From: Selaginella moellendorffii
Lineage: Eukaryota > Plantae > Lycopodiophyta
Direction of reading: 5' to 3'
Length of the DNA: 29,518 bases
Assembly (NCBI RefSeq): GCF_000143415.4
Contig: NW_003314494.1
Coordinates: 1-29,518, forward strand
The notes under the pieces were generated by a model. It did no database searches. It was given only the letters and a program-made list of their open reading frames with translations, and was not told the origin of the DNA. Both the position numbers and the translations under genes were made by a program. How positions within the stretch are numbered: position 1 is the stretch's first letter; each line of letters opens with the position of its first letter. Shown here one piece after another: positions 12,270 to 23,917 of the stretch.

Positions 12270-14042
12270 TGTGAGACACAAAATCCCTAGGCCCCAAAGT
12301 GGAGCCAGAGGGGCGCCACATGGTAGTGGCCGAAGCGAGAGCCAAACGAGCGTAACACGTTTGGACCAAAAGCTCCGACTTGAAAAGTCAAGAGCGGGAG
12401 TGGAACTCCCAACGAAGTGCTCGAGGAACGAGCACGAAGCGAGCAAAAGGCAAGGCTCCAAAAAGGGACCCAAAAGGACCAACACATGACACGTGGGAGT
12501 GTCCGAGATGGACCCGAGTTGGAGTCCGAAGTGGAGTCTGAGATGGACCCGAGTTGGAGTCCGAAGTGGAGTCCGAGATGGACCCGAGTTGGAGTCTGAA
12601 GTGGAGTCCGAGATGGACCCGAGATGGACCCGAGATGGAATCCGAGATGGAGTCCGAGATGGACCCGAGATGGACCCGAAATGGAGTCCGAGATGGAGTC
12701 CGAGGTGGACCCGAGATGGACCCGAAATGGAGTCTGAGATGGAGTTCGAGATGGACCCGAGATGGAACCCGAGATGGAGTCCGAGATGGACCCGAGATGG
12801 ACCCGAGATGGAGTCCGAGATGGAGTCCGAGATGGAGTCCGAGATGGAGTCCGAGATGGAGTCCGAGATGGAGTCCGAAGTCGAGTCCGAAGTCGAGACC
12901 GAGACCGGGACCGAGACCGAGACCGAGACCGAGATCGGGACCGAGACCGAGACCGAGGCCGAGGCCGAGACCGAGCCCGAGCCCGAGTCCGAGTCCGAAT
13001 CCGAGTCCGATTCCGAGTCCGAGTCCGAGTCCGAGTCCGGAGCCTGAGAGGGTGAAAGCCCAAAGCGTTCGTCTCCCAGACCCTGGGGGGTTTGGTGAGC
13101 TCCAAAAGTATAGCAGGGGGAGGACTGCAGTGGAGCCAGTTTGGCCAGGAAAGGCCAGTTTGGCCCAGGAAGGCCGGACCCAGTGTTGGGTGATGAGCTG
13201 CCCACTGGGAAGTCCAAGACTAGAGTGAACACAGACCGACAAGCGGGGTAGCTTGGTGAAGTGTTCAAGAGCCGGCTCTAGTTCCCCCGGGAGATCGACT
13301 GGCCGATGCTCCCAGTCCAAGTGTGGGTGGCACTACCTACTTGGATACCTGGTGTGGCTCAATGGAACCCGCTCTAAGCCCATGGCTAGAGCACCCAAGG
13401 GCAGAAGGCGAGGAGAGTACCCAGGTGGCTCGCGTAAGGCCACGGTGTTCCGAAATGTTGTCCCAAAGGCCCAGACTGTGGAAAGGAAGAGGAGCAGTCC
13501 TCTGGGGTAGTGACCAAGGACACAGTCGTCTGGTGAGGAAGTCCCAGAGGACCGTGGGACTTAGTGGTCGGGCCTGTGGGTCTCGATCCAGTGGCAGTGT
13601 TGACAAACACGGCCAGGGGCAAAAAGGGACTTAGTGGGGACTGACAGAGGAATATTGGGGAAGGCTATTCCCCTTGTCGGTGGGCATCCTAAGGATACTA
13701 AGGAGTGGATCTGAGATGACCACTCACGGATGGTTTGCCTAGTCTTGGAGAGCCAAGACGGTGATGCAAGTGGTGTTGGACTACCAGTGTGGCAAAGGTG
13801 ATTGGGCATGGCCTTAGCGTAACGGGCTGCTATGTCGGTGGTACCTTTGAGTGTCGGTCATGGGATCGGACACGTGGAGCACTTGGACCAAGTGCAAAAG
13901 TTGAGTGGCATGGATGCTATTCTCGGGGCTAGCAAGCCCCAAGTCCTGGATTGGACTTATGGAGGTTGTGAATGAGACTCCTCCAAGTGGTCAGAGGTGT
14001 GGTTAAGTGACTAAAGTAGAATGGAAAATTTAGTCCCCTACA
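12270..14042 (+). repeat. LTR1 (1773 bp)
   Basis: TGTGAGAC...CCCCTACA; near-identical to 21469-23243. Confidence 0.95.
12497..13042. repeat. CpG-dense minisatellite in the LTR (also 18372-18919 and 21696-22253)
   Basis: 11/12-bp units CCGAGATGGAC / CCGAGATGGAGT grading into 6-bp CCGAG(A/G/C/T); copy number differs between the three LTRs. Confidence 0.95.
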
Positions 14043-14045
14043 ATT

Positions 14046-14057
14046 TGGTATCGGAGC
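14046..14057 (+). promoter_or_regulatory. Primer binding site, tRNA-iMet type
   Basis: TGGTATCGGAGC, one mismatch to canonical TGGTATCAGAGC, 3 nt after the LTR end. Confidence 0.9.
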
Positions 14058-17000
14058 TGTTCCTTAGTCCGACTTTTATTGGTGCTCAAGTATATTACCA
14101 CTAGTGTTGGCATCGGAAGGCCCGAGGAGTGGGCCTATCCTTGAGGAGTAGCAAGTCGGGAAGACATGGCTCTCCATTACAGTTCATGTGTGAACTTGTA
14201 GACGAGGTGGTGGATAGAAAAGGGCCAATAATGGAACGACTTTGGGATCTTGGGAACAGTATATGGTTTTCCTCAAAGAGTTGAGGATGTGATCTAAATG
14301 AGCGTTTGACTTAGCAAACTGGCTAATGTAGTTGTGGTAAACAACTACAGTTGGGATCACGGGAAAGATAAAGACTCCAAAGCAATAAAGGAGTCACAAG
14401 ATTTTCCTCATATAGTTGAGGTTGGTGCTCATGAATGTGAGACCAGAAGTAATGACCGTGGGAGGTCAAATACGGAAGAGGACTCAAGTCCTTGAAAAGG
14501 TAGCCGGGGCTACCTCTAATAAATGCTGGAACAACCCAAGGAGTTGGGGGTGTATTAAGTGGATGAGTTGGTGTTCTCATCACATGGACAAGTAGTCCTA
14601 AGGGGCAAAGGTTGCCCCCAGAGAACAAAATCAAGTGTCGGAGTAACACTTGTGAAAATAGTCCTTTTGAGTAGGACAGGAATGCAAGAAGTGTATTCCA
14701 GTGAGCTAGGGCCTCACAAGTAGGACCTTACGGGTCTGTGGATTAACCAAGTCCAAAACTGCTGGATGACTCAAGTAGAGTCAACGGATGGTCCTAAAAG
14801 GACTGATGGAAGCATTTGGACTGAGGTGTGTTGTACCCCACAAAGGATGGGGGGGGGATCATAGGATCCAAGGATGAGAATAGAGGGTATCTCATCGATG
14901 GCAAAATGTGCCATGCTAAAGTTATGGGAAAGGTGTTCCCAGAAGAAAACAACTTCGACATAAAGTTGTGTGTGACCTCTATGGTGCAGTGCTAACGGAT
15001 GGTTGGCATGAGAAAGAGCAGTGTTGGTCTTGGCAAAAGACTTAGACACGAAGGGGAAATGTCATAGAGGTAGGCTCGTGGAGCCGATGGTGTGGAGACA
15101 CCAAATGTGCCAAGGTGTGATACCTTGAGGCTATGTTAGTGGGTTCATGAGAACCCCTTGCCAAAGGAATCCCAATGGAAATGGGAATAGCATAGCCTAA
15201 GCTGCAGAGCATGCAGTTGGAGTGTGGTGACCCAGATAATGATGGAGGTGTGAAAGCACCAAACAATGAGTTGTAGGACTTGACAACTATGAGGCAACTA
15301 AGCAAGAGATGCAAAATAACTGGTTAAACGGGTAGAAGGTAGCTACCCAAGACTTCTTAATAGCATAGGGAAGTTGGATATACCCTTATGGGGGATAAGT
15401 TGCTTGTGTTGCGATATAGTAAGTCAATGTCATAAAAGGAAATACTCATTGTCAAGAAAGCCATCATTGGGACACCCGAACACTCTAAAACACCAGAAGG
15501 TGGTGTTTGATGTCGCGAGGGCAATGAATAAAGCCCAAGGGACTAAGTCCCTAGCGAATGATGGATAGAAGGTGCTATCCAAATGTCCAAGGTTGCGGAG
15601 ACAGGAGAGGACTGTCTACCCGAGTTGGACAAAGCCAAAAATGGAATTTTGGCAAGGCTAGTGATGGGCATGTAAAGGCCCATAAGCAACAATGTAATCC
15701 CAGTGTGTGGGATTATAAGGTGAGCATACCCGGATTGAGGAACCACTCCCTAGGCTATTGGGTAGGTTCATCCCTAAGAATACTTGCTAAAGCATGATAG
15801 AAAGTGCAAAGCTATCCTCCTGGTCTGGAGGAGAATGACCAAAGGAAAGGTGTGAAGCCAAAAAGCAAGAAGTAAGGGGATAGAACCGAACCGTAGGAAT
15901 CAAAGGGCATAACCAAGGTTGGTTATGCCAGCTGGGAGTGGAGAATCAAGTGGGGGCTCGAGGGTGTTGCCGCTAGCAACCGTGATGCCATGGAGAGTCT
16001 AAAATATGGAATTGTCCATGTTAGACTATGTGGCATTTGGAAGGCTTGCAAAAAGGGAGGCCTTAGCAAGCTGAGGGACAGAGTTCCTTCAAGGTTCCCA
16101 AAGACGATTCTAGGTAGCTTAGTACCTAGAAAGGCCAAGTGTAAATGGTTCATGGAACGCACGAAATCAGAGTGGCGCAGCAGAAGCGTGGTCTTGAAGC
16201 TTGCCAGGAGGCAAGGCTATCAAGGTTAGGGAAGTAGTTCCCGAGTGTTCAAGGAGAGGGCTTTGAACGAAAGTCGATGGTCAAGGACTTTCACGCTTAT
16301 GCAGGAACCATGTTACAGTGGTCGGAGGACTTGCCAAGCGAGATTGGCACGTCAGGGGAACAAATACCCTAGTTGAAGGTGATAGCTTCAAAAAGGGTGG
16401 GCCATGGGGCCGAGCATGGAGGAGTCCATGCATGATCACAGACATGTCAAGTGAGAGGACTTGGCAGTGTGGAGGAACTAGGTTCCTAAGCTGTGATCTG
16501 TAGCGCGCTTTAAAAATAAGTTGGTGCACCGGCGTGGGGAGTCACGCCAGGCATCTTGTGTGATGCCGTCCGTAGATGCATATACGGAGGTTGGGTTCGA
16601 GTCCCGACCCTCTAGTGCTTGGGTTCGAGTCCCAAATCACTAGGGCGTGGTGATGGTTTGGAATATGAGGACACTCATATTTCGGTGGTCATGGACTCTC
16701 AGTGGGGAGACTGGTTTGGGCACACCGCCAAGCGAGGGATGCCTCGGAGTCGTGATGCACGGTTAGATTGCTTAGTGTGAAAGCTCGGCATATCTAACTT
16801 GAACGCTTTGGTGCAAGTGGCACCAAGGTCGTGGTGAGTGAGATGGGGACACCTAATCTCAGTTGCTATGAACCCTTGGCCGTAAGGGCTGGCTTGGGTG
16901 CACCGCCAAGTGTGGGGGATGCCCCCGGGGTTATAGTCAACAACTTGGAGGTCTAGAAGACCAAGTACCTATTGGCAACTCTGTTAAGGTGCCAAGGTGG

Positions 17001-18130
17001 GATCACTAGGTGATCTTATGGCCAGATAAGGACAAGGTCCTTGGTTGGCTAAGGAATGAAGTTCCTGGTTCAAAACGTTGAAATTGAACTGTTTAAGGTG
17101 GTGTGGCTTGGTCGTGATGACCAAGTGGGAAGAGCACCTAAGGGAAATAAACTATGGCCGTGCGATGGCATAGTGAGTCCGAGGAAAGTAGTCTCTATAA
17201 AAGACCCATGGGAGGGTCACGAAGTTGGGCCGTGGATAGAGCCCATAGCAGAAGATGCTAAAGAGACGTACTAGGGGTGAACATCCTCCGGACTTGGCAA
17301 AGAAGAGTCTTTGCTATGGAACCGAAACAATACCTCAAGGAGGGAGGTAGAGATTCAATGTTGCTTGGTGCAACAATCAACGGATAGGAGCAAAAGATGA
17401 GTGGCCAAGATAGGGCCGTGGAATCCCTTGGAAGGAATCCAAGTGACAAAGTTAGGCGAGGAACACTAATGTGTTGGACGCTAACAAGTTGCGGGAAAGG
17501 AAGTGTGTTTCCTAGGAGGGATTCCGAAATGCTCCGATTTGGCGAAAGTGGAAGCTCCAAGGGAGGGAGCGGTAAGGTAGCCAAATGATAGGGCCATGAA
17601 CAGCCCTAGCACAAAGTATGATAACTGGAACTTTGGCACGAAATAGAAGAGAGGATGATGGTGCCCTCGAGTAGAGAACTTCCTAGGATGGGAAGTGGAG
17701 TTGCACAAAAGGTGCAAGGCAAGGTGTCGGAGACACCTAGGAAATTGACTCCAAGAAGTCAAAATTCAAAGTTCCAAAGTGCAAAGGTTATATCGATGGA
17801 AATTGAGACTACTCGAAAAGGAGTAGTGGGATTGACTTAGAGAAGGGTCTCTAAGAGGTTTAGCGAGAACTAAACCAATAAAAGGAGAGAACCACTATAT
17901 GTGGTCTAATCAGTCTCTAAGTTGGAGAGACTACCCTCCTTAGAGGATATGCAAAAGGCATGGTGAGCCTTCAATGTCCAACCATTGACGAATATGGAGA
18001 AGGCATGGTGAGCCTTCAATGTCACACCATTCACAAATATTGGCTATGCGCCAAGGATGGAAATGGTAACACATGCGGGTGTTACTTTATAAAATGGTTC
18101 ACCGTTCGATGAGGACATCGAACTTCGTCT

Positions 18131-18144
18131 ATGGGTGGTGGAGT
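18131..18144 (+). promoter_or_regulatory. Polypurine-tract-like sequence
   Basis: ATGGGTGGTGGAGT immediately before the TG of LTR2. Confidence 0.6.
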
Positions 18145-19258
18145 TGTGAGACACAAAATCCCTAGGCCCCAAAGTGGAGCCAGAGGGGCGCCACATGGTA
18201 GTGGCCGAAGCGAGAGCCAAACGAGCGTAACACGTTTGGACCAAAAGCTCCGACTTGAAAAGTCAAGAGCGGGAGTGGAACTCCCAACGAAGTGCTCGAG
18301 GAACGAGCACGAAGCGAGCAAAAGGCAAGGCTCCAAAAAGGGACCCAAAAGGACCAACACATGACACGTGGGAGTGTCCGAGATGGACCCGAGTTGGAGT
18401 CCGAAGTGGAGTCTGAGATGGACCCGAGTTGGAGTCCGAAGTGGAGTCCGAGATGGACCCGAGTTGGAGTCCGAAGTGGAGTCCGAGATGGACCCGAGAT
18501 GGACCCGAGATGGAATCCGAGATGGAGTCCGAGATGGACCCGAGATGGACCCGAAATGGAGTCCGAGATGGAGTCCGAGGTGGACCCGAGATGGACCCGA
18601 AATGGAGTCCGAGATGGAGTCCGAGATGGACCCGAGATGGAGTCCGAGATGGAGTCCGAGATGGAGTCCGAGATGGAGTCCGAGATGGAGTCCGAGATGG
18701 AGTCCGAGATGGAGTCCGAGATGGAGTCCGAGATGGAGTCCGAGATGGAGTCCGAAGTCGAGTCCGAAGTCGAGACCGAGACCGGGACCGAGACCGAGAC
18801 CGAGACCGAGATCGGGACCGAGACCGAGACCGAGGCCGAGGCCGAGACCGAGCCCGAGCCCGAGTCCGAGTCCGAATCCGAGTCCGAGTCCGAGTCCGAG
18901 TCCGAGTCCGAGTCCGGAGCCTGAGAGGGTGAAAGCCCAAAGCGTTCATCTCCCAGACCCTGGGGGGTTTGGTGAGCTCCAAAAGTATAGCAGGGGGAGG
19001 ACTGCAGTGGAGCCAGTTTGGCCAGGAAAGGCCAGTTTGGCCCAGGAAGGCCGGACCCAGTGTTGGGTGATGAGCTGCCCACTGGGAAGTCCAAGACTAG
19101 AGTGAACACAGACTGACAAGTGGGGTAGCTTGGTGAAGTGTTCAAGAGCCGGCTCTAGTTCCCCCGGGAGATCGACTGGCCGATGCTCCCAGTCCAAGTG
19201 TGGGTGGCACTACCTACTTGGATACCAGGCGTGGCTCAACGGAACCTCGCTCTAAGCC
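18145..19258 (+). repeat. LTR2, 3'-truncated
   Basis: Matches LTR1 up to GCTCTAAGCC and then switches to the sequence of 10059 onward. Confidence 0.93.
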
Positions 19259-21468
19259 ACACGCCATAACCGCGAGGCATTACCTATCATCTTTTCGTTG
19301 CCCTTCTTCCTTTTCGAATCAAACGCCTCTGATCCCGATGACTGTCCAACGTGCTTTCGCTTTTTATGACCACTGTCAGTTTGAGCTTGGCTGGTGCTTG
19401 CCTGTTTTGCCTTTGAAGAAGTGTCTCCTGCAAGGAATGGCATGAGACCACACGCCATTGCAAATATAATTTGTACCTCCTTTTTTCCTATTGCTTGTCT
19501 GTTTGTCCTTCTTCGACGCGCCACCAGTGCGCTTTTCAGTCCTCGTGTCTGAATATTCACAACGATCTATAATCAAAATGGCGTGAGGCCTCACGTGACC
19601 TTACCTTGTGTAGGTTGTGACCTCGGCCTAACATCAGTAGCTGTTAACGCCGTTTCAGCATCTGGGGGTGGCCACGCTCCTGCATACAGAGCTTGTGAGA
19701 TAACATTTAAACTTAAAGTGCGTACTCACCAGGTTCGTAGAGAAGATACTGTTTTTCTTTGGCAACTGTAATTATATGCTCCATTGAAGTCACCTCTTCA
19801 ATGGAGTTTGTCACTGCAACACACGGGACACCCTTGAGTAGTGCGGCTCGAAAGAATAGTCCGCCGCAGTTGTACTCGACAACGCATTTGCCCTTGGAGT
19901 CACCCGCTATTGCGTTGAAGACCCAGCTGAGAATTTCCCATGCTGCACCTGGAGCTTTCTTTGGATTCGAAAGCTCCATAGACGTCTTCAGTTCCTCAGG
20001 CACGGGTAAATTGACCTCCCTCAGATCAATTCGATCGGCTTTGTTGAACGAAGCTGGGAAGTCACTCCAGTCCCACTCTGCTGCAGGACCAATAACAAGG
20101 GCGACTGTGAAGATGCGGACATTCGTCGGTATCTTCTTCTTAGCCATTATCCCATGGATCTCCCGCATCTCCTTGCCTTTCAACCGAGCCTTCACCTCGT
20201 TCAAGGCCTTCCAGAACTTGTGATAGGATTCGGAGTCGTAGATCATATAGTGGACTGAAGATTCCACCTCCGCAAGTCCCACCATTAAGTCAATGATGGA
20301 GCTGCACTTGGTCTGCATGAGTGATCTCCTCGTTTGTGAAGTCCATCACACAAAAGATGTTCTTGACCTGCTCATCTCCGCGGGAAACGATGCTCCTCCA
20401 CCTTTGATCCTCATCCGAATTCACGTATACCCGGTAAGGTTCTCGATAGGCCTCTGCTGCGGGGTCGAGCTGTTTCTGAAGCCGGCGGTCGACATCCCTC
20501 TTAATGAAATTTGGATACTAATCCAACTTCTCAGCTTTACTTTTCGTGGCATCCCGCAGCAGATCGATGAACTTGGGGGCCCCCTTCACGTACTCGTCGA
20601 TGTCTTCATTTGACAAGTCCAGCTCTTCCATCATCTCTTGCGTGGTGTCGATGCTCACCCTCGCCACGGCCACTTGCTCGAAGATCCAATCCTTCAATAG
20701 CGCACGAGCTCTCAGAGTCGTGCACAAGTCCTCGTATGTCACAATATGGCCGGGAGTCATTTTGGTCTTGTTGAAGACTACCTCACCAAGTAGAAGAGCA
20801 TTAGCCACTGTCAGAAGGTCGTCGTTGTCTAGAGACCGCGAGAAACGCAAGGCGTTGAGCTTCAAATCATTGGGCTTCCGGCCGTCCTCCACACCCATTG
20901 AGTTTAGCAACTCCCCGTCATGGTACCTCCTTAGCACATCTACCCATTTGTCAAAAACAACTTTTGTCGCGAGTAGAATGTTATGGATGCTGAGTGTGTC
21001 ATTGACCCCCAGTGTTTTCGAGAGAAGACTCGAGAATTCCTGCAATGGAAATGGCGTGAGGCCACATGCTATGCCACATGCAACGAGGCTTACCTGCCAG
21101 GCGCTAGTTGCTAGTGCACGTCCTTGTCCTGGTTTTTGTGGCTTCTTCAGTTGAACCCAGAGCTTCCGTGTTCGTGCCAATGTCTCGTGCAGACCCGATT
21201 TGTAGCACGTTTCTTGCTTGACATTCTGCGCGTGGGAGATGTATATGATAGATCGGAGGGGCGAGTTGCCTTTTATCAGGCGGACAACTCTTGTCTTGAA
21301 GACTTTCTTCACTTCCTCGCCCACCATAATATCCACAACTATCTGTTGCATCGCCAAGCTAGAATGCTGCCCGGAGACGGCATAGAACCGGATGTTCTGA
21401 TCGTCCAACACCTTCCTATTGATCAAGTCTGGAAACCTCGTCTCGCCCTTCATTGTTCGGTAGTAGGG
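19258..21468. repeat. Near-identical duplicate of 10059-12269 (cargo-gene exons)
   Basis: Constant offset 9199; only a few substitutions seen (e.g. TAM/TSM, WEML/WEIL); shares the stop and frameshift. Confidence 0.97.
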
Positions 21469-23243
21469 TGTGAGACACAAAATCCCTAGGCCCCAAAGTG
21501 GAGCCAGAGGGGCGCCACATGGTAGTGGCCGAAGCGAGAGCCAAACGAGCGTAACACGTTTGGACCAAAAGCTCCGACTTGAAAAGTCAAGAGCGGGAGT
21601 GGAACTCCCAACGAAGTGCTCGAGGAACGAGCACGAAGCGAGCAAAAGGCAAGGCTCCAAAAAGGGACCCAAAAGGACCAACACATGACACGTGGGAGTG
21701 TCCGAGATGGACCCGAGTTGGAGTCCGAAGTGGAGTCTGAGATGGACCCGAGTTGGAGTCCGAAGTGGAGTCCGAGATGGACCCGAGTTGGAGTCTGAAG
21801 TGGAGTCCGAGATGGACCCGAGATGGACCCGAGATGGAATCCGAGATGGAGTCCGAGATGGACCCGAGATGGACCCGAAATGGAGTCCGAGATGGAGTCC
21901 GAGGTGGACCCGAGATGGACCCGAAATGGAGTCTGAGATGGAGTTCGAGATGGACCCGAGATGGAACCCGAGATGGAGTCCGAGATGGACCCGAGATGGA
22001 CCCGAGATGGAGTCCGAGATGGAGTCCGAGATGGAGTCCGAGATGGAGTCCGAGATGGAGTCCGAGATGGAGTCCGAAGTCGAGTCCGAAGTCGAGACCG
22101 AGACCGGGACCGAGACCGAGACCGAGACCGAGATCGGGACCGAGACCGAGACCGAGGCCGAGGCCGAGACCGAGCCCGAGCCCGAGTCCGAGTCCGAATC
22201 CGAGTCCGATTCCGAGTCCGAGTCCGAGTCCGAGTCCGAGTCCGAGTCCGGAGCCTGAGAGGGTGAAAGCCCAAAGCGTTCGTCTCCCAGACCCTGGGGG
22301 GTTTGGTGAGCTCCAAAAGTATAGCAGGGGGAGGACTGCAGTGGAGCCAGTTTGGCCAGGAAAGGCCAGTTTGGCCCAGGAAGGCCGGACCCAGTGTTGG
22401 GTGATGAGCTGCCCACTGGGAAGTCCAAGACTAGAGTGAACACAGACCGACAAGCGGGGTAGCTTGGTGAAGTGTTCAAGAGCCGGCTCTAGTTCCCCCG
22501 GGAGATCGACTGGCCGATGCTCCCAGTCCAAGTGTGGGTGGCACTACCTACTTGGATACCTGGTGTGGCTCAACGGAACCCGCTCTAAGCCCATGGCTAG
22601 AGCACCCAAGGGCAGAAGGCGAGGAGAGTACCCAGGTGGCTCGCGTAAGGCCACGGTGTTCCGAAATGTTGTCCCAAAGGCCCAGACTGTGGAAAGGAAG
22701 AGGAGCAGTCCTCTGGGGTAGTGACCAAGGACACAGTCGTCTGGTGAGGAAGTCCCAGAGGACCGTGGGACTTAGTGGTCGGGCCGATCCAGTGGCAGTG
22801 TTGACAAACACGGCCAGGGGCAAAAAGGGACTTAGTGGGGACTGACAGAGGAATATTGGGGAAGGCTATTCCCCTTGTCGGTGGGCATCCTAAGGATACT
22901 AAGGAGTGGATCTGAGATGACCACTCACGGATGGTTTGCCTAGTCTTGGAGAGCCAAGACGGTGATGCAAGTGGTGTTGGACTACCAGTGTGGCAAAGGT
23001 GATTGGGCATGGCCTTAGCGTAACGGGCTGCTATGTCGGTGGTACCTTTGAGTGTCGGTCATGGGATCGGACACGTGGAGCACTTGGACCAAGTGCAAAA
23101 GTTGAGTGGCATGGATGCTATTCTCGGGGCTAGCAAGCCCCAAGTCCTGGATTGGACTTATGGAGGTTGTGAATGAGACTCCTCCAAGTGGTCAGAGGTG
23201 TGGTTAAGTGACTAAAGTAGAATGGAAAATTTAGTCTCCTACA
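21469..23243 (+). mobile_element. Solo LTR (1775 bp) with perfect 5-bp TSD
   Basis: TG...CA flanked by TAGGG at 21464-21468 and 23244-23248; no PBS after it. Confidence 0.95.
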
Positions 23244-23248
23244 TAGGG

Positions 23249-23917
23249 GATCACGTCTGCGATGTCGGGTGTTACTGGACTTGCCAGCATCTTCTGCTTC
23301 AGTTTCTCCACCCACTCATCAGATACTAGCCTGTGGTTGTATTTGCTTTGGATCTCGATACGGCTCACGTCGATTGTATATACTTTGTTGGAATAGTAAC
23401 AAGTACTATTATCTGCGACGATTTTTGCTGCCTCTTCTTGCTCTTTCTGCTCTTTGCGGCTCTTCTTTTTGGTGGGTGTAGTGTTCGAACCCGAGGCAAT
23501 GGCATCACCGAGTAGCTTCTTTTTTGGAGCAGCAGAGTCGGACGTCGGCTTGAGCTTGACCACCCTTTTCTGCTTCGGGGTAGTTTCCAGATCGACCCCC
23601 TTCCCCTTCGCTTCGCAAACTGGAGGCACTCTCAACGGCTCAATGTTGGAATATAGTTTTTGAACATCGCCGTAGGTGAGGTCCGTGGATTCCATGTGAT
23701 CTTCATAGACCCGCAGCGTCTTTGAAATTGTGGGCCTCCTGGACAACCTCTCCCTAGCTCCCTCTAGGAATTCCTCATAGCCGCTGCCCCCCTCCGGGAA
23801 GCCGCTAGGATGTGCAAGGTGGATCTTGAAGGCGGACGCTGTCTCTACCACAAGTGCCAGTCCATATTCTTGCATGGAACTGCATGGAGTGTCTGTCACT
23901 TGGATGAGGATCCTCGC
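23249..23917 (-). CDS. N-terminal coding exon of the cargo gene (Lys-rich NLS-like stretch plus start of the ParB-like domain)
   Basis: Acceptor TTGAACAG at 23918; PKKK/KKKSRK basic patches; YTIDVSRIEIQSKYNHRLVSDEWVEKLKQKM. Confidence 0.8.

Larger units (their letters stand above)
12270..19258 (+). mobile_element. LTR retrotransposon, non-autonomous/degenerate; 3' LTR truncated
   Basis: LTR1 12270-14042, PBS, 4.1-kb internal region without long ORFs, PPT-like tract, LTR2 from 18145; left TSD TAGGG at 12265-12269. Confidence 0.93.

Noticed and set aside
12497-13042. CRISPR-like array
   Set aside because: Contiguous tandem units with no unique spacers, no cas genes, eukaryotic context
12287-13320. 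RS/RD/ESE/GL-repeat ORFs in several frames (also 18162-19145 and 21486-22531)
   Set aside because: By-products of the stop-poor LTR minisatellite, not SR-like proteins
16531-16548. GGCGTG-N6-CACGCC core inside the retroelement
   Set aside because: Single copy lacking the full outer arms and the GGCC-like spacer, within a hairpin cluster; treated as chance
16585-16645. tRNA gene or SINE head
   Set aside because: Only T-arm-like hairpins; no D arm, anticodon arm or clear A-box
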